Counted from the stretch's first letter, positions 48,615 through 60,987 are shown. The stretch: 64,000 bases of DNA from an uncultured Planctomycetaceae bacterium (GCA_963815195.1 CAWFGE010000016.1:1-64000); one strand, 5' to 3'. Notes: a model not told the origin generated them from the letters alone. Program-made: numbers and translations.

Positions 48615-51600
48615 GTGGATGGGTTAAGGGCGAGGTTGGTGGGGAACAGCGAAGCCAGCGAACTCCTTTTGCAAAAGGCGGCGGACGCGGTGCGGGCGGT
48701 GGACCCGGCGGCGTTTCCGGTGCCTTCGCGCGTCGTCAGGCGGGTGATCCGCTCCGAGCGGGACCTGTCGCGGTTCGGCATGCAGGTGCCGCACCGGAAG
48801 AGTTACATCATCGCCGCGGATGAATTGTTGCATCTGGTCGAGCGGGATGAGTTGGGCATCGACCGGGCCAGCGAAGTCCCGACGCCGGCGATTCTGCTCG
48901 CGCAGCCCGGCGACGGAAAACTTCCGGGGCTGACGCTCAAGCAGCTTCTCGTGCGGTATTGGGGGTTGTTGTTCCACGCCCGCATCGATGCGACGTTGGC
49001 GACGAAGGTCGAGTCGGGGGAACTCACGCCGGCGTTGATCCGCGAGCGGATCGATCAGATCGGCCAGGTGGAATTCGACGAAATGCACGCGGTGATTCGG
49101 CAGGAGGATTTCCTGCTCCCGCCCGAGGATTTCTGCACCGTCTACGTCGAAGCCGCCGCCGTCTATTTGCAGCTCAGGTATTTTGAACCCCGGCGGCTCG
49201 CGGCGTTTTTCCCGGCTCTCGACGACTATCGCCGCATCGATGCCGTGTTCAGCCAGGATTTGGACGTGTTGTATCTCTTGGAAACCACGCGTCCGGAAGG
49301 AGCCCCCGCGCCGCAGGGCTTGCGAAAGGAGAAGGAGGAAGACGAACTCGTCGGCTCAACGCCCAAACGGCCCAGAGTCAAAGTGACCCACCAAGAATCC
49401 GCCGCCGACGTTTTGGCCGCGGAGGCGGCTTCGTCCAAGGCGGAGTTCCGCGAAGCGGCCGTTCCCAACCGCAAGCTGTTCGACCGTTTGATCTACAAAG
49501 CGAACCGGGTCAGCGAGCAGGGCAACGCGGTGCGGGCGGCGCTTCTAAGGCTCAAAGCGGCGCGATATGCGCCGGCCGGGCAATCGGGCGAAACGTCGGT
49601 CGCCGCGATGGGCGAACTCGAACAACTCTCCCGCCGGCTGCAACAGGCGCTCGGTTTCGACGACGACGAAGCCGCGGGCTGGCGGGATGTGATGGTCAGC
49701 CTGCTCGCCAAGTCGTCGCATGGATTTTGGAACGCCGACAAACGCCTGCTCTACGACTTGCAAAAAGTCTGCATCGATCACGAGCGGAAAATCTCGCATC
49801 TGGACCTCGCCGGCTGGATGCTTTCGCTCGGCAAGCAGCCCATCCGCCGCACGCTGCCGAACCAGCGGGAAGTTCGCATCAACCGGCATCTCCGCCGGGC
49901 GACGTCGCGGCTGATGTCGGTCCGCCTGTCCGGACCGGAGCGCGAGCAGCTTAACCATCTGCTGCACGAAGCGGCCCGGAAGGTGGAAATCCAACTGCGG
50001 GAACGGCTGCGTCCGCTGATTTCGCAGGCTCTCGATGATGTGGGCCTTGCCCCTCAAAACCTGCCGGAGCGGGTGTCGCGCCGGAAGATCATTGAGGAAC
50101 TCCTCGACAAGGTTGTGCATCACGGCTTTCTCAACATGAGCATGCTGCGGGATGCGATCTCGCGGAACAACCTGAAAATGCCCGATCTGGCGAGTCCCGC
50201 GGATTTGTGGACCGGGGATTGGCTGCTGGAAGCCGACCGCCGCCTGAATGTGCTCTTGGACGGGGTTTATCGCCGGGGCGAGTTTTATCTCCGGGGATTG
50301 CAGAAAGTGAGTTCGGTGGCGTTCGGGACGCCCGCCGGTCGGTTCGCCACAATTTATATGGCCGTGCCCTTCGGCGGGGCGGTGGTGATTCTGCAAGCCC
50401 TCAAGCATCTGCTCGACAAGATTTACGGCGTCGAACACGGCCCCGCCGCGAAGTCGTTTGCCGAAGCCGCCGCGGCCGGAAGCCAAGACCTCGGCTCGTC
50501 CGCGAGCCATCTCGCGGAGCAGCCAACGCACCTTTTGAGCTGGTTCGATCCCGCCAACACGGTTCCGTTCATTTCGGGGATACTGTTGTTGGGCGCGTTT
50601 TTGTGCGGGATGATTCACGTCCGCTCGTTTCGGCTGGCGGTGATTGATTTCGTGAAGTCCGCGTTCCTGGGCGTCCGGCGGCTGGTGTACGATTTGCCCC
50701 GCTGGTTCTGGAAGCACGAGTTCCTGCGAAAGATCTTCCGCAGCCGGCCCATGCGCTGGCTCCGGCGGCATGTGCTCTATCCGGCGATTTTCACGGGGAC
50801 GGCGTGGCTGCTCTTGCCGCAATTGGGATTGTACGAACGCCCGGGTCCGATTTGGGGCGGCGTGATGTTCCTGGCGTTTGCGCTGGCCCTCAATTCGCGG
50901 GCCGGCCGCGACCTGGAGGAACTCACCACCGAACGCATTTACCAGGCCTGGGACCACATCCGCGTCAAATGGTTGATCGCGCTGATTGAAGTCGTCACGA
51001 ATTTTTTCAAACGCGTGCTCGAAACCTTCGAGCGGTTTATGTACGCCGTCGATGAGCTGCTCCGCTTCCGCAGCGGGCAGAACGTGATCACGCTGTCGGT
51101 CAAGGCGGTGTTGGGGACGGTTTGGGCGGCCGTGGCGTTCGTGTTGCGGATTTACGTGACCTTGCTGATCGAACCCCAAGTCAATCCGATCAAGCATTTT
51201 CCCGTCGTCACCGTTTCGCACAAGTTCATTTTGCCCTTTTCGATCATGCTGACCAGAATCGTCGGAGCCCCGTTGGTGCCGTTTTTGGGCACGGAGCTGG
51301 GTTATTTCATTGCGGGGGCGACGGTGTTTTTGCTGCCGGGAATTTTCGGGTTTCTGGTGTGGGAGTTCAAAGAGAACTGGAAGCTCTACGCGGCCAATCG
51401 CAAGGCGAACCTGAAACCCGTTCTCGTCGGCAGCCACGGCGAAACGATGATCCGCCTGATGAAGCCCGGCTTTCATTCGGGAACGATCCCCAAAATCTTC
51501 CGGAAGCTCCGCGGCATCGACCGCACCCGCCGGTCCGCCCGCCGAAAGAGGCTGCGAATTCGCTACGAAGAAAAACTGCATCACACGCTCGGGGACATTC

Positions 51601-52232
51601 AGCATTTCGTCGAGCGGGAGCTGCTCGTGCTCTTGGAGGAAAGCCGGCAGTTCCGGGACAAAAAACTTTCCGTCCAGAACGTGCGCGTCGCTTCGAACAG
51701 CATTCGCGTCGCGGTGGCGTGCTCTGAGTTTGACGGGGCCCCTTTGGAATTGGCGTTTCAGGAGCAATCGGGTTGGCTGATGGTTGGCGTTTTGAAGGCG
51801 GGTTGGCTGGACGGTCTTAAAGACCGGGAGCGGCAAACGCTGGGGCTCGCGATTACCGGGTTTTACCGGCTCGCCGGCGTGGACATCGTCCGCGAGCAGT
51901 TTCGCGGCTGCTTCGGCCCGGGCTTGCCTCCATATGATGTGACGGACCGGGGCTTGGTGATCTGGCCCGACGGCCAATACGAATCGGAAGTTCGCTACGA
52001 TCTCCACCAACGCCCGCTGATCCGCCCGAAGCCGCGGTCCGTGGCCCGCGAATACGACCTGCCCACGATGGCGGCGGATCATGCGCTTTACTGCGAGCTG
52101 CCCATCGCGTGGGACGCCTGGGTCGCCTGCTGGGAATCCGAGCAATCGGCCGTGCGGATTCCCAACCTTTTCGACCACGAAGTCAACCTGCTGCCGGCCC
52201 CATCCCTCATCCCGACGACGCACGCGGGATAA
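48615..52232 (+). CDS. Large conserved hypothetical membrane protein (1205 aa)
   Basis: Long intact ORF with host-like codon usage; helical N-terminal half and a TM cluster at ~aa 580-920 (LLIEPQVNPIKHFPVVTVSHK). Confidence 0.8.
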   Translation: MDGLRARLVGNSEASELLLQKAADAVRAVDPAAFPVPSRVVRRVIRSERDLSRFGMQVPHRKSYIIAADELLHLVERDELGIDRASEVPTPAILLAQPGDGKLPGLTLKQLLVRYWGLLFHARIDATLATKVESGELTPALIRERIDQIGQVEFDEMHAVIRQEDFLLPPEDFCTVYVEAAAVYLQLRYFEPRRLAAFFPALDDYRRIDAVFSQDLDVLYLLETTRPEGAPAPQGLRKEKEEDELVGSTPKRPRVKVTHQESAADVLAAEAASSKAEFREAAVPNRKLFDRLIYKANRVSEQGNAVRAALLRLKAARYAPAGQSGETSVAAMGELEQLSRRLQQALGFDDDEAAGWRDVMVSLLAKSSHGFWNADKRLLYDLQKVCIDHERKISHLDLAGWMLSLGKQPIRRTLPNQREVRINRHLRRATSRLMSVRLSGPEREQLNHLLHEAARKVEIQLRERLRPLISQALDDVGLAPQNLPERVSRRKIIEELLDKVVHHGFLNMSMLRDAISRNNLKMPDLASPADLWTGDWLLEADRRLNVLLDGVYRRGEFYLRGLQKVSSVAFGTPAGRFATIYMAVPFGGAVVILQALKHLLDKIYGVEHGPAAKSFAEAAAAGSQDLGSSASHLAEQPTHLLSWFDPANTVPFISGILLLGAFLCGMIHVRSFRLAVIDFVKSAFLGVRRLVYDLPRWFWKHEFLRKIFRSRPMRWLRRHVLYPAIFTGTAWLLLPQLGLYERPGPIWGGVMFLAFALALNSRAGRDLEELTTERIYQAWDHIRVKWLIALIEVVTNFFKRVLETFERFMYAVDELLRFRSGQNVITLSVKAVLGTVWAAVAFVLRIYVTLLIEPQVNPIKHFPVVTVSHKFILPFSIMLTRIVGAPLVPFLGTELGYFIAGATVFLLPGIFGFLVWEFKENWKLYAANRKANLKPVLVGSHGETMIRLMKPGFHSGTIPKIFRKLRGIDRTRRSARRKRLRIRYEEKLHHTLGDIQHFVERELLVLLEESRQFRDKKLSVQNVRVASNSIRVAVACSEFDGAPLELAFQEQSGWLMVGVLKAGWLDGLKDRERQTLGLAITGFYRLAGVDIVREQFRGCFGPGLPPYDVTDRGLVIWPDGQYESEVRYDLHQRPLIRPKPRSVAREYDLPTMAADHALYCELPIAWDAWVACWESEQSAVRIPNLFDHEVNLLPAPSLIPTTHAG

Positions 52233-52545
52233 AGGTGGACGACGGATCTTTCCTAGTGGCTTCCAGCCGCCGAAATCTACGTCGGCAAGATGCCGCCGCT
52301 ACGGTCAGTCGGCGGCGTTCCTGCGCGGAATATTGCGGGTTGGTGAAAGAATGCCGCGCGAGGCCTCGGGAGATCCCGAAGTTCGCGGTTTCTGTCATTG
52401 ACGGAAACCGGCGGGCGGGGTACGGTGAAAAATGACGGGAGTTGTTTCCAAACCATCCCTCCGCACGCTCCCGATTCGCAGCTTTTCCTTTGTCCTTTGG
52501 TCAACCAGGGCCTGTGGTTGACCCGCTTCCCGGCAACTCGAACGT

Positions 52546-55003
52546 ATGATTTTTCGCCGCGTCGGCCCCTTCGTGTCCCATCATTGGAAGCCGGTTCTCG
52601 TTTGCTGGGGACTGGCGTTCCTGGTTTGCATCGGGACCGCGCCGACTGGCAGGACGTCGTTCGCGACGGCGAGTTTTCCTTCCTGCCCAAATCCGCCCCG
52701 AGCCAAGTCGCGGAAGCGGTTTATCGGCAATCGTTCTCGCGGGATCTTCTGGGCAGCACGGCGGTGATCGTCGTCCGCCGGGCGGGACGAGCCGAGGGCC
52801 TGTTGCCGCAGGATCGCGAGTTCATCGAAGACGTTCTAAAGCCGGCGATCCAGCGGATTGACCGGAAGGATGAAGAAGAAGGCCGGTCCATCATCCGCGC
52901 GGTGCGGACGGCGGACGATCGGTTGATCGGGCAGTTGCTCAACAGCGCGGACGGCAAAACGACGCTGGTGTTGATCGAACTCACCACCGGCTTTCTGAAC
53001 CGGGGGAATTGGCGGACGCTGTCGGAAATCGAAACCCTCATCGCCCAGGAAGGCGAACTCGTCGGGGAGCCGGACAATTTATTTGCCCAGAAGCTGATCC
53101 CGCCGGGTTTGGATTTGTCGCTGAGCGGTCCGGCCGCGGTCGGGCGGGATTTGCGGAGGAACTCCGAACACAGCACCGAAACCATCGTGCATTGGACGCT
53201 GCTGATTCTCATCGCGGGCTTGCTTTTGTTTTACCGCGCGCCGCTGTTGGCGCTGGTGCCTTTGGCCAGCGTTCTCGCGGCGGTGGGCATGACGATAGCC
53301 GTCTTGGCGCATCTCGCGGGCTGGGGCTGGCTGGGGATCTTCGCGGGTTTGGAGAACTACGTCATTGTCGTGCTCGTTGGATTGGGCCTGGCTTCGAGCC
53401 TGTTGCTCATCGCCCGCGAGAACGAAATGCGGCTGCAAACGCCCACGCTCGAAGATGCGGCCGTGGAATCGCTCCGGCTCACCGGTCCCAGCCTGGCCGG
53501 CGGGACGGCGGCGGCCGTGTTGGGACTGGGCATGTTGATCTTCGCCGAGTATGGCAAGTTCCAGGAACTGGGCGGAGCTTTGCTGATCGGAGCGGGCTTG
53601 ATGCTTTTGGCGACGCTCACGCTCACGCCCGCGCTCTTGGTCATGATGGGCCGCTGGGCGTTCTGGCCAAATATGCGGACCGAACGCATTTCCGCCGATC
53701 ACGCCTGGTTGCTGCCGCGGGGCGCCTGGCCGGGACCGATCGAACGCGGCTGGTCGCGGCGGCTTTGGCAGTCGCAGGGCCGATCGCTCGCGGAACGGCC
53801 CCTGGCGATCGGATTGACCTGCGTTTTGGCGATGGTGCCGTTCGCCGTGGTCGCGGGGCTGTGCAGCGCCCGGCTGACTTACGGTCTGCTCTCGCAACTT
53901 CCCGAAGACCAACCGAGCGTCAAAGGGTGCAGATCATCCAGCAGCAATTCCCCGCCGGCACCACGGGACCCGTCACGCTGCTGTTGGAGCATCCCCGTTG
54001 GCAGTTCGGCACGACCGAGGGGAAATCCGCGGTTGCAAAGCTCTCCGACGCCTTGGAACAGCGCAAACGGGAATTCGACATCGCCGATATTCGCAGCGTG
54101 GCCTTTCCGCTGGGACTCACGGAAAAGGACGTCGGCACGAAAAGCTTTCTCCAGAGAACGCTCCGGCACCGCAAAGCCGTGGAGTATTACGTCGGCGACA
54201 AACCGCCCGCCAACGGCCACGCGACCCGCCTCGAAATTGTCTTCGCCGACGATCCCTTCGCCCGTGGCAGCATCGACAACTTCGAACGCCTCCGCCGGAA
54301 ACTCCCCGATTTGCTGCCGAGGGAATTGGCGGGAGGGGACTGGCATCTGCTCGGTGCACCGGCAAGCATCCGAGACTTGAAGACGGTCACCGACCGCGAC
54401 CGGGCGTGGATTTACGGCCTGGTCCTCGCGAGCGTGTTCGCGGGTTTGCTGTTGCTCGTGCGGCGAGCGTTGATTTCCGCGGCGATCGTCCTCGTGTTGG
54501 GCCTGGGCTTCCTGGCGACGCTTGGAGCGACCTACGCCGTGTTTTGGGCTTGGAATCCGGCGGAATTTGACGGGCTGGACTGGAAGGTCCCCACGCTCCT
54601 GTTCGTGATTATGACGGCCTGGGGAACCTGGGGAACTTGGATGCTCTTGGCCCGCGTCCGCGAGGAGCAAGACCGGCACGGACGCACCGAAGGTCTGATG
54701 CGGGCTTTGGAACGCACGGGCGGCGTGTTTTGGGGCAGCGGCCTGATCGCGGCGGGCGTGTTCGCGGCCCTCATGGGCGGCTCGCTCGTCGCCTTGGAGC
54801 AGTTGGGTTTTGCCCTCGCCTGCGGCGTGCTCCTCGAGGCCTTTGTGATCCGGCCGTTTCTGATCCCCGCCGGCTTGCTCTTGGCCTTTCGGACGTTCGC
54901 CGGCAAGGAATCTGCTTCCGCTTCCGCGGCCGTTCCCGTCTCGCCGGCGATGCCCTCCCAGGAAAACCTCGCCGCCACCGTCCCGCCCAAATCGGCGGAT
55001 TGA
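52546..55003 (+). CDS. MMPL/RND-family transporter; frameshifts near 52645 and 53927
   Basis: Two TM bundles with periplasmic loops; FYRAPLLALVPL, LTLTPAL, LDWKVP, ALERTGGV...SGLIAAG. Confidence 0.85.
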
Positions 55004-55324
55004 TTTCAGCTGAGAGCTAAGCTAAAGGCTTATCGAGGAATAACTGTTTCAATTTGACAGGAATCATCTCCTCGGGGAATCCAGCATTGTCTTGCCGCCG
55101 CTTCGCGGCTGAGGAATTTCCACCGGCACGTCTGTTCGCGTTCCAAATCTCGCTGGAATTTTGACGATCGAAAACTGGATTGTCGTTGCCCAGCGGATCC
55201 TGAATTTGGCGGCACACTTTGTGTCCTTTGCCCCTTTGTGTCCTTTGCCCCTCAAATTCAACAACTTCGATTATCGCCGGCGATTCGATTGAATTTACCG
55301 GCAGAATTGGTCGAGACCTTGGGA

Positions 55325-56207
55325 ATGGAATGCCTGTCGTCCTGGAAGCGTCTCGCCGATGCGCAGACCGCACATGGGGACTTCGGGCTTGTTCTTGAGG
55401 CGATTTGTTGCGGGTGGATTGATCATCCACTTCTTGAGGGGGACTCAATGATTGCAATTTCCGAGAAGACGGACTGCGCGAATTCCATCAGCTATGCGAC
55501 CGTTCGCGAGTATTGCCAGAGCGCGGACGATTATCCCGAGTTGTCGTTTCAGCAGCAGGACCTCAAAGATGCCCAAAGACCCTGGGCCGTCAAGGTCATT
55601 CGGGAACTTCTGCCGCGCGGCGCGGCTCGTGGAAGTCGGCAGCGGCGAGCCGATGGTCGCCAACGTGCTGACGAACTACGGATACCACGTCACCGTCATC
55701 GATCCCTTGGATGGATTGGCCCGGGGCCCGGACAATTTTGAAGCGATCCGCGCGCAATATCCCAACGTCCGCATCATTCGGGACTTGTTCACAACCCGGC
55801 TCGCCCGCGAACTCAACGAGTCCTTCGACGCCGTGTTTTCCATTTCCGTTTTGGAGCACATTCCGCCCGAAGACCTCCCGGATTTGTTCGCCGCGACGCG
55901 GATGGTCCTCAAGTCCGGAGGCTTTTCGATTCATGCCGTGGATCATGTCTTGGAAGGCAAGGCCCGGGAGTTCCACGAGGAGCAGCTTCTGCGAGTTTCC
56001 GAGGAGCAGAACGTCATCTCCCAGAGCGGCCATTCAGCCGGCGTTCTTCAAAAGAACCTTCAGCAACTGCTGGCCGGTGCCCGGCAGGATTTGGAGACGT
56101 ATTATCTCTCGGCGATGGGCCACAATCTCTGGCGGGGCAACTTGGCGTACGACGAGTTTCCGTTCCGCAAATGTATTTCCGTGCAATTCATCGCCCGCCG
56201 CCCCTAG
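55325..56207 (+). CDS. Class I SAM-dependent methyltransferase; frameshift near 55623
   Basis: LVEVGSGEP, FDAVFSISVLEHI, LKSGGFSIHAVD; start uncertain (55325 or 55448). Confidence 0.75.
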
Positions 56208-56269
56208 ACCAAATGGACGCGAAACCCAAGTTCAGTAGTTCCAAAGTCTCGGAAAAGGAATTCGTTCCC

Positions 56270-56385
56270 CAAGAGCCGCGCACGAAGTAAGCGGTTTTTT
56301 CTAGATTTGCCGATCGCAATACGTTTACTTCGTGCGCGGCTCTGGCGTTTTTTGGCAATACCGCTTACTTCGTGCGCGGCTCTGG
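56270..56385. repeat. REP cluster (three arms; same family as 26204-26279)
   Basis: CAAGAGCCGCGCACGAAGTAAGCGG, then two copies of TTACTTCGTGCGCGGCTCTGG. Confidence 0.85.
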
Positions 56386-56424
56386 CTGGTTCGAGACGCT
56401 GTCACCATGCGCTCGACGGCGTTC

Positions 56425-57219
56425 TCAAAAGTTGTGCCCTTCCTGGGGGCCGTTTTTTGTGAGCGTCAGCACCTCGGGGCCGTCTTGGGTCATGAGGATG
56501 GTGTGCTCGAACTGGGCGGAGAGACCGCCGTCCAAGGTGCGGACGGTCCAGCCGTCGGCGGAATCGAGCGTGGTGCGATAGGTGCCCACGTTGAGCATCG
56601 GCTCGATCGTGAAGCACATGCCGGGCTTGACGATGGTGCGGCCAAGCTTGCTGTCGGGATAATGCGGGACGCCGGGCTCTTGGTGAAACTGCCGGCCGAT
56701 GCCGTGGCCTTGGTATTCGCGGACGACTTCCAAACCACGGGCCCGGGCGAAGTGATAGATCGCCTGGCCGATGTCGCGGATTCGGCCGCCGGGCTGGATC
56801 GCGTGAATCCCTTTCCAAAGGGCTTCAAACGTAATCTGCACGAGCCGGCGGGCTTCGTCGGACACTTCGCCGATGAGAAACGTTTCCGACTGGTCGCCGA
56901 ACCAGCCGTCCACGATGGTCGTCAGATCGACGTTGACGATATCGCCTTCCTGCAACGGGCGGGAATCGGGAATGCCGTGGCAGACGACTTCGTTCACGCT
57001 CGTGCAAATGCTTTTGGGGAAGCCCTTGTAGCCCAGGCACGCGGGAATGTGCCCGTGGGCGCGGGTGTAGTCCTCCACGAGGCGGTCGAGTTCTTCAGTG
57101 GTCACGCCGGCTTTGACGTGAGGCCGGATGTAATCCATCAACTGGGCATTGAACCCTGAGGCCTCCCGCAAATGCTGCCGGTCTCGCTCGTTATAAATCG
57201 GGGCTTTTTTCACCAACAC
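56425..57219 (-). CDS. map: Methionine aminopeptidase type I
   Basis: [44 protein letters not shown]. Confidence 0.97.
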   Translation of the reverse strand: MLVKKAPIYNERDRQHLREASGFNAQLMDYIRPHVKAGVTTEELDRLVEDYTRAHGHIPACLGYKGFPKSICTSVNEVVCHGIPDSRPLQEGDIVNVDLTTIVDGWFGDQSETFLIGEVSDEARRLVQITFEALWKGIHAIQPGGRIRDIGQAIYHFARARGLEVVREYQGHGIGRQFHQEPGVPHYPDSKLGRTIVKPGMCFTIEPMLNVGTYRTTLDSADGWTVRTLDGGLSAQFEHTILMTQDGPEVLTLTKNGPQEGHNF

Positions 57220-57594
57220 AACACGTTTCCGCCGGAGGGATTGACGCAAGAAAGCAAAGTGCGCACTGGCTTTGTGAAATAATTGTTGTGTCTTGCCCCC
57301 TGAAGTTCAACTGCGCGAAAGAACTTCGCCCAAAGCGCCGGCGTTTTGCCGCCGGATTTTGCCTGCGCAGAACGTCCCCACAGCCCACCAGATGTTCCTC
57401 ATCGAATCGGTCGCGGTTCTGACAGAACCTCTACAATCGATGCCCAACACTCCTGCTTCACGGTTTCTGGCAATTCTCTCGCCGTTTTGCCACAGCTTCG
57501 AAAGCCCAGGATTGAATACTTTCTTTAGGGCACGGCTGGAACGGGTTTGGTTTCCGCCAACGCCCCGCAAGATGTGGAGCAACAGGGGGATAGA

Positions 57595-58158
57595 ATGTCC
57601 ACAGAAAGCTCAATCACGCATCAGCCGCCTGGCTTTTCGGATTTGCTGCCGAGTTTTCGGAGCCGCTTTGAAGGCGTGATCGGCACCTTGGCCGAGATTC
57701 AAGGCATCCTCCGAAACGCCCGCGCCCCGTTGCCGCTTTCAAAGATCAACGATCTGCTTGGTCACGTCCAACTAGGAAGCGCCGACATCGAGGCGGAGTT
57801 TCTTCCCCATCCCGAGCATTACTCTCGAAACGTCGTGTTCGAGGACGTCCGCAGTTCCCTGGTGGCGATCACGTGGCTGCCCGGCCAGTCGTCGCCCATT
57901 CACAATCATTGCGACTCCGCCTGCGGAGTGCGGGTGGTCGAGGGAATCGCCGCGGAAGCCAAATTCCTGCCCGTGGGCGACGGCCAGGCCGTGCGCCTCG
58001 GCTCGGATGTCCTCTATCAAGCCGGCGAGATCTTCGGCGGCGAAGGCAGCAACGATCTTCATCTCGTCGCGAACCGCGGCCAGAAAATCCTCCGAACTCT
58101 GCACATCTATTCCCCGCCCCTCAAACCCGCAATGATGCAGATCTTCGACGAAGTTTAA
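57595..58158 (+). CDS. Cysteine dioxygenase family (cupin)
   Basis: YSRN, WLPGQSSPIHNH, LHLVAN, TLHIYSPP. Confidence 0.88.
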   Translation: MSTESSITHQPPGFSDLLPSFRSRFEGVIGTLAEIQGILRNARAPLPLSKINDLLGHVQLGSADIEAEFLPHPEHYSRNVVFEDVRSSLVAITWLPGQSSPIHNHCDSACGVRVVEGIAAEAKFLPVGDGQAVRLGSDVLYQAGEIFGGEGSNDLHLVANRGQKILRTLHIYSPPLKPAMMQIFDEV

Positions 58159-58370
58159 TGCCTTGCCGTGGCCGTCTGATTTCCAGCTTGGGCATCCCGT
58201 TGATTTGCTCTGGCCCCCGGGTCCGAGCCTGCGCTCTGGCGAGGCATTTCCGCGAAAAGGCCGGAAAAACCGGCGGAAACTTGCGAAAACGCATCAAAAA
58301 TCGAAAATAAAACGATGAGTGGGCGCATCGGATCCAATAGATTCCCCCTTTCCCTGGAAGGATCAGCAGC

Positions 58371-60845
58371 ATGCGATTTGCAATAACGGCTTTCCTCGTC
58401 GGCGGTTATCTCCTCTGTTCGCCCCTGGCCGGCCGCGCGGCGGAACCGACAAAAGCCGAGTTGGATTTCTTCGAGAAGAAAATCCGGCCCGTGCTGGTCA
58501 AGCACTGCTACGAATGCCATTCCGCCGATTCCAAGGAAGTCAAAGGCGGCCTGGTTCTGGACACGCGTGAGGGCCTGCGGAAAGGCGGCGAGTCGGGCGG
58601 GCACGGCGTCGTCCCCGGCGAACCGGGCGAAAGCGTGCTGATGGAAGCCCTCCGCTACGAGTCTTTCGAGATGCCCCCCAAGCAGCAGTTGCCGGAAAAC
58701 GTGATCGCCGACTTCGACAAATGGATCAAAATGGGTGCCCCCGACCCGCGGGAAGGCAAATCGCTGGTTCAGAAAAAGATCGACTTCGAAGCCGCGAAGA
58801 AATACTGGGCCTATCAGCCCCTCGCGAAACCCCAGCCGCCGAAAACCAAAACCGCGAATTGGGCCCGATCGGACATCGACCGCTTTCTGCTGGCGAAGCT
58901 GGAAGGCGCGGACCTCAAACCGGTCGCCGATGCTGAACCCGGGTCCCTCATTCGCCGGCTGTATTTCGATCTGATCGGCCTGCCGCCCACGCCCAATCAA
59001 GTTGACGAATACACGGCCAATCCCACGGCCGCCCATCTCGCTCAGATTGTGGATCGACTGCTTGATTCTCCGCAGTTCGGCGAGCGCTGGGGCCGGCATT
59101 GGCTGGATGTCGTCCGTTACGGCGAATCCACCGGCATGGAGCGAAACTACACCTATCCCCAGGCCTGGCGGTATCGGGATTACGTCATCCAATCGATCAA
59201 CCAAGACAAACCGTTCGACCGCTTTCTCACCGAGCAAATCGCCGGCGACCTCCTGCCCGCCAAGACTCCGGACGAACGCGAGCAAAATCTCGTGGCGACC
59301 GGTTTTCTGGCGATCGGGCCCAAATCGCTCAACGAACGCAACCGCGAGCAGTTCGCGATGGATGTGGTCGATGACCAGATCGATGTCGCTTCGCGGGCCT
59401 TTTTGGGGCTAACGGTCGCCTGCGCCCGCTGCCACGATCACAAATTCGACGCCATCCCGCAGAACGAATATTACGCCTTCGCGGGCATCTTCCGCAGCAC
59501 CGAAACCTACTTCGGCACCGGCGGGGGAGCCGGCAACCGCCAAGGCGGAGAACTTCTGGCGATCGCGGACGGCGAGATCAAAACCGTCAAACCCGCCGGT
59601 GGCAAAGGCAACAACAAACAGAACGTCAAACAACTCGCCAATCAAAAGCGCAAACTGGATAAGCAACTCGCCAACCTGGAAAACCGCGAGAAGACGCCCG
59701 CCGTCGAAAAACGCATCACGCAACTCGAAGAGCAGCAGGCGAAGCTCAAACGCCAACTCGCCAAGGCCCGAAAAGGCGAAGACGAGGAAGCCGAGGAAAA
59801 ACCCGCGAAAGACCAAACGCTGATCATGGGCGTGCTCGATGCTGGCAACCCGAGCGACACCGAAGTCCGTCTTCGCGGCGAACCCGACGACCGCGGCGAT
59901 CGGGTTCCGCGGGGCTTTCTGACCGTCGCCAGCCGATTCGATGTGCCGAAAATTGCGGAGTCCCACAGCGGCCGGCTGGAACTCGCCAAGTGGATCGCCG
60001 ATCCTCAAAACCCACTCACCGCGCGGGTGGCGGTCAACCGCTTCTGGCAGCACCTGTTCGGCCGGGGCATCGTGGGCACCGTCAATAACTTCGGCAACAA
60101 CGGCGAGAAGCCCTCGCATCCCGAACTGCTCGATTACCTCGCGTCCGACTTCATCCAAAACGGCTGGTCGCTGAAACATTTTGTCCGCTCGGTCGTGTTG
60201 AGCCGGGCTTATCAGCTCGGTTGCCAAAGCCAGGAAGCCGGCCTCGCCGCCGATCCGGACAACCATCTGCTCTGGCGGCAAAACCAGCGTCGGCTGGAAG
60301 CCGAGGCTCTGCGGGACGCGATGCTCTTCGCCAGCGGCGAACTGGACCTCACGCCCGCGAAAGGCTCTATCGTGTCGAAGGTGGGCGACGGCGACGTGGG
60401 CCGGAACCTCCGCGTCAGCGAGTTTGAAACCGACAACACCAAGCGCAGCGTGTATTTGCCCATTGTGCGCAGTGCCGTGCCCGAAGCCCTGGCGGTGTTC
60501 GACTTCCCGGAACCGAGCATCATCGCCGGCCAGCGGGATGTGACCACCGTCCCCACGCAGGCACTCTATATGCTCAACAGCCCGTTCGTGTTGGACCGCT
60601 CGAAGAAACTCGCCCAAAGGCTCCTCAAAGATGACAGCCTGGCGACAGACCAAAGCCGGATCGCGCGGGCCTTCCGCGACACTCTCTGCCGGGAGCCTTT
60701 GCCGGAAGAACTCGCCTCGGCCGAGAAGTTTATCAGCGAAGCGGTCCCCTTGGTGGGCACCCGCGACATGGAGCCCCGCCTCAAAGCCTGGATGGGCTTC
60801 TGCCACGTGCTGTTGGCGTCGTCCGAGTTTCGGTACTTGCAGTAA
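58371..60845 (+). CDS. Planctomycete cytochrome c domain + DUF1549 (PSCyt2) + DUF1553 (PSD1) protein
   Basis: [76 protein letters not shown]. Confidence 0.95.
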   Translation: MRFAITAFLVGGYLLCSPLAGRAAEPTKAELDFFEKKIRPVLVKHCYECHSADSKEVKGGLVLDTREGLRKGGESGGHGVVPGEPGESVLMEALRYESFEMPPKQQLPENVIADFDKWIKMGAPDPREGKSLVQKKIDFEAAKKYWAYQPLAKPQPPKTKTANWARSDIDRFLLAKLEGADLKPVADAEPGSLIRRLYFDLIGLPPTPNQVDEYTANPTAAHLAQIVDRLLDSPQFGERWGRHWLDVVRYGESTGMERNYTYPQAWRYRDYVIQSINQDKPFDRFLTEQIAGDLLPAKTPDEREQNLVATGFLAIGPKSLNERNREQFAMDVVDDQIDVASRAFLGLTVACARCHDHKFDAIPQNEYYAFAGIFRSTETYFGTGGGAGNRQGGELLAIADGEIKTVKPAGGKGNNKQNVKQLANQKRKLDKQLANLENREKTPAVEKRITQLEEQQAKLKRQLAKARKGEDEEAEEKPAKDQTLIMGVLDAGNPSDTEVRLRGEPDDRGDRVPRGFLTVASRFDVPKIAESHSGRLELAKWIADPQNPLTARVAVNRFWQHLFGRGIVGTVNNFGNNGEKPSHPELLDYLASDFIQNGWSLKHFVRSVVLSRAYQLGCQSQEAGLAADPDNHLLWRQNQRRLEAEALRDAMLFASGELDLTPAKGSIVSKVGDGDVGRNLRVSEFETDNTKRSVYLPIVRSAVPEALAVFDFPEPSIIAGQRDVTTVPTQALYMLNSPFVLDRSKKLAQRLLKDDSLATDQSRIARAFRDTLCREPLPEELASAEKFISEAVPLVGTRDMEPRLKAWMGFCHVLLASSEFRYLQ

Positions 60846-60847
60846 TC

Positions 60848-60987
60848 AACCAAGCCGACACCTGGGTGTCGGTTCTAAAATCCAACCCAAGCCGACACCT
60901 GGGTGTCGGTTCTAAAATCCAACCCAAGCCGACACCTTGGTGCCGGTTCCAAAATCCAACCCAAGCCGACACCTTGGTGTCGGTTCC
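60848..60987. repeat. Tandem array of four ~37-bp palindromic units
   Basis: AACCCAAGCCGACACC(T/TG)GGTGTCGGTTCTAAAATCC starting at 60848, 60884, 60921 and 60958; no variable spacers. Confidence 0.92.

Noticed and set aside
60848..60987. CRISPR array
   Set aside because: Units are head-to-tail with an invariant linker; there are no unique spacers, leader or cas genes.
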